DNA of 63,783 nucleotides, filler included, from It is 7 parts of 7 records of this genome, joined end to end, with 100 filler letters (N's around TTAATTAATTAA, not from the genome) between each part and the next. Parts side by side here need not be neighbours in the genome. Positions count along the whole stretch, not along the records: positions 57,979 to 63,783 come from SRR31156797_21021; 6 more parts are not named here. One strand, 5' to 3'. Shown piece by piece: positions 61,123 to 63,783 of this stretch (position 1 is its first letter; each line of letters starts with the position of its first letter). The notes under the pieces were generated by a model. It saw only the letters and a program-made list of their open reading frames with translations, ran no database searches and was not told where the DNA came from. The position numbers and the translations under genes were made by a program.

Positions 61123-62475
61123 ATGAAAAAGTTCTACATGATGGCGGGCGTTTTATTTATTTTGATTATGATGATGGGTTGTTCATCTATGTTCTCTGAA
61201 TCATTAGATTCATCTACAGAAGATCAGAGTATAGGTCTTAGTTCGAGAGCATTGGTTGGTAGTGATGTGGTTGGGAATTTAACTTCTCCAACTGTAGCAG
61301 GAGAGACAGGTTCGATAGATATTACATTTGAGTATAATGCTTCTGAAACCAGAGATATAAGGGTGAGTATTAAAAACAAAACTGATTGGAGTACTCTGGT
61401 AGAAAGCATATTTCAAGTAAACGGTTCGGGTAGCAAAACTGAAATTTTGAGTTTTGATTCTATTCCTTCCGGAGCAGATTATACTGTAGAAGTAAAAATG
61501 TTTGAAACTGGAAGCTGGACTGTTCTATCTGAAGTATCGAGTGATTTAGTAATTAAATCAGCAGGTTTCTATATAAGTGAAGGAAAACTTTATGATTCCA
61601 ATGGATACGGTTTTGTAATGAGAGGAATTAATCATGCTCATGCGTGGTTTAATGATAAACTTGACTCATCTCTTTCAGGTATTGCAGCTACTAATGCCAA
61701 TACTGTAAGGGTTGTATTGAGTAACGGAGAGCAATGGACAAAAACTCCAAAAACACAGATTGAAAATATTATTCAAAAATGTAAGGATAATAAATTAGTT
61801 GCAGTCTTAGAAGTTCACGATACAACTGGATATGGCGATGCTGATGGACATGCAGCAAATGCAGCAACTCTTCAAACAGCAGTGGATTATTGGATTGAGA
61901 TGAAAGATGCACTAATTGGGCAAGAAGAGTATGTAATTATTAACATTGCAAATGAACCATTTGGAAATGGTTCTACTGTTAATAATTGGCAGAGTGAACA
62001 TATTTCAGCAATAGACCAATTAAGAACTGCAGGTTTTACTCATACTTTAATGGTTGATGCTCCTAACTGGGGACAGGATTGGCAAAATACAATGAGAGAT
62101 AATGCATCTACGGTATTTGATTCAGATTCTCTGAAAAATACAATGTTTAGTGTACATATGTATGAAGTTTATAACACTTATGATCAAGTAAATAACTATA
62201 TATCTACATTTGTTAATAATGAGATTCCATTGGTAATAGGGGAGTTTGCAGCTGAACACAAAGGGAAAGAGGTTAAAGAAAAAGACATTATGGAAAGATG
62301 TCAATCTCTTGGTGTTGGATACCTTGGATGGTCTTGGGATGGGAATGCTTCTCAATATGGTGCTATCGATATTATTAATGATTGGAATTCAAACAGTCTT
62401 ACAGAATGGGGGGAAATCTTAATAAACGATACAAATGGTATAAAAGCTACATCTTGGAAATCTTCTATGTATTAA
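61123..62475 (+). CDS. Lipoprotein endo-beta-1,4-mannanase (GH5, subfamily 8-like) with an N-terminal accessory domain
   Basis: Lipobox MMGC; MRGINHAHAW, EVHDTTG, NIANEP (acid/base), DAPNWGQDW, HMYE, IGEF (nucleophile), GWSW. Confidence 0.88.
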   Translation: MKKFYMMAGVLFILIMMMGCSSMFSESLDSSTEDQSIGLSSRALVGSDVVGNLTSPTVAGETGSIDITFEYNASETRDIRVSIKNKTDWSTLVESIFQVNGSGSKTEILSFDSIPSGADYTVEVKMFETGSWTVLSEVSSDLVIKSAGFYISEGKLYDSNGYGFVMRGINHAHAWFNDKLDSSLSGIAATNANTVRVVLSNGEQWTKTPKTQIENIIQKCKDNKLVAVLEVHDTTGYGDADGHAANAATLQTAVDYWIEMKDALIGQEEYVIINIANEPFGNGSTVNNWQSEHISAIDQLRTAGFTHTLMVDAPNWGQDWQNTMRDNASTVFDSDSLKNTMFSVHMYEVYNTYDQVNNYISTFVNNEIPLVIGEFAAEHKGKEVKEKDIMERCQSLGVGYLGWSWDGNASQYGAIDIINDWNSNSLTEWGEILINDTNGIKATSWKSSMY

Positions 62476-62581
62476 TTATAATATGCTTTAGATTTATACA
62501 AATTAAAATATGTTTTCTTATAAAAATGTATAGTATAATTATGTTGTAATATAATTTATAACTATAAATTGGAGGTAAATT

Positions 62582-63049
62582 ATGAGAAGAACAATTTTAA
62601 TTTTATGTTCATTTTTATTGATTTCATTACTATCTTTTGCAGCAACTCCGCTTAAAATAGCACTACTTACACCTATTGAGATTCCGCAAGGGCAAAACGT
62701 TACCGGATTAAGTTTGAATGTTCTTTATGGTCATACCAGCAGTGTAACAGGTATTGAATTAGGTTTATTCGTTAATCATGCTGATAATTTAGTAGGAATT
62801 CAGGCAGGAAATTTAGTTAATATCTCAGGGAATATGGGGTTTGGAGCACAATTTGGGCCTGTAAATGCTGCCAGAGGGACAGGTTTTCAGGTTGGAGTAG
62901 TTAATTATTCAGAAGAGTTTAGAGGAATACAGATTGGTTTAATTAATTATGCCGAGAGACTTCAAGGACTCCAATTAGGACTTGCAAATGTGAATTTTTC
63001 AGGACCTATACCCGTTTTTCCATTAATAAACTTTTCATTTAGCTTTTAG
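62582..63049 (+). CDS. Exported GxQxGxxN-repeat protein (LA_2272-like)
   Basis: Signal peptide; repeats GIQAGNLVN, GFQVGVVN, GIQIGLIN, GLQLGLAN; terminal F. Confidence 0.7.
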   Translation: MRRTILILCSFLLISLLSFAATPLKIALLTPIEIPQGQNVTGLSLNVLYGHTSSVTGIELGLFVNHADNLVGIQAGNLVNISGNMGFGAQFGPVNAARGTGFQVGVVNYSEEFRGIQIGLINYAERLQGLQLGLANVNFSGPIPVFPLINFSFSF

Positions 63050-63057
63050 AAAAATCA

Positions 63058-63103
63058 AATAATAGCAAAAGAGGGCAGATTTTGCCCTCTTTTGCTATTA
63101 TTT
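63058..63103. terminator. Bidirectional terminator
   Basis: AATAATAGCAAAAGAGGGCA...TGCCCTCTTTTGCTATTATT between convergent genes. Confidence 0.8.
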
Positions 63104-63146
63104 ATATATTGAAAAAATATAATTTTTAAGCTTTAAAAACTAAGTT

Positions 63147-63782
63147 TTATTTATCTGCTGGGAAAATTATTCCGGCATCTTTTCTTGCTTCTGTTAGGGT
63201 TTTATATACTGTAGAACTATAATCCATTAATTCACAGCACTTTTTATAATTCTTTTCAGTATAAATTTTATTAAATTCAACTAATTGATAATATAATCTG
63301 TTTGAATTTTCTTGAATATTATACTCCTCATCTTTTCCGTTTATGGTGATGTTGAAATTTTCAACTTCATTTGGAGTACCATTTATTGTAATATAGCCTT
63401 TTTCTCCTTGTATTCTTATTAAACTTTTCCCATGACTGTCTTTTGAATTAACACATTCACATATAAAATCAGGATATTGAAGAAGCATAACTCCGGATGT
63501 ATCAATGCCGCTTGAATGTTTATTTGCAAAATAATTTACTTTGTCAGCTTCACCAAACATATTCATGATAAAGTGCAAGTTGTATATTCCTAAATCCATT
63601 AGGCTACCACCGGAGAAATCAAGGCTAAACATGTTGGTAATATCTCCCTGTAATAATTTATCATATCTGCTTGAATATTGGCTGAAATTGCAATGAGTTA
63701 TTTTGATTTTTCCTATTTCATTTAGTTTTTCTTTTATTAGTTTGTAATTTGGAAGATGAATAGTTGTAATAGCTTCAAAGAA
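63147..63782 (-). CDS. Gfo/Idh/MocA family oxidoreductase, C-terminal part
   Basis: FEAITTIHLPNY, QYSSRYD, GGSLMDLGIY; open to the window end. Confidence 0.85.
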   Translation of the reverse strand, partial: FFEAITTIHLPNYKLIKEKLNEIGKIKITHCNFSQYSSRYDKLLQGDITNMFSLDFSGGSLMDLGIYNLHFIMNMFGEADKVNYFANKHSSGIDTSGVMLLQYPDFICECVNSKDSHGKSLIRIQGEKGYITINGTPNEVENFNITINGKDEEYNIQENSNRLYYQLVEFNKIYTEKNYKKCCELMDYSSTVYKTLTEARKDAGIIFPADK

Positions 63783-63783
63783 A

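Overview
This window is not one genomic locus. It is seven unrelated contigs joined by six artificial 100-nt spacers (N-run + TTAATTAATTAA + N-run), so adjacency across a spacer has no biological meaning. (1) 1-14923: Desulfobacterales-like exosortase-associated, Wzx/Wzy-dependent exopolysaccharide cluster. (2) 15024-22487: very AT-rich Arcobacter-like (Campylobacterota) contig with glnS, a PAS-EAL protein, soxW-like gene, trxA and the 3' end of ahpC. It also holds the standout gene, which encodes signal peptide + near-canonical eukaryotic ubiquitin (53 of the first 69 residues identical to human ubiquitin by hand alignment, no di-Gly tail) + autotransporter beta-barrel. (3) 22588-32665: Bacteroidota housekeeping region (lptE-like, secG, typA, dtd, deoC, a T9SS-secreted endonuclease). 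(4) 32766-40434: Desulfobacter-like contig with a Vibrio-type luxP coupled to a LuxQ-like hybrid kinase (FixL-like PAS, internal Hpt) and an HD-GYP response regulator. (5) 40535-50830: deltaproteobacterial anaerobic corrin-ring biosynthesis operon headed by a TonB-dependent receptor, with a leader terminator. (6) 50931-57878: deltaproteobacterial RND gene, vapBC with an in-frame stop in the toxin, metallophosphoesterase, acyl-CoA ligase and sensor kinase. (7) 57979-63783: low-GC, possibly spirochaete, contig with crtI plus an ABC1 kinase and a GH5 mannanase. Taxonomic labels are inferred from composition and protein style, not from database searches. No rRNA, tRNA or CRISPR array was recognised.
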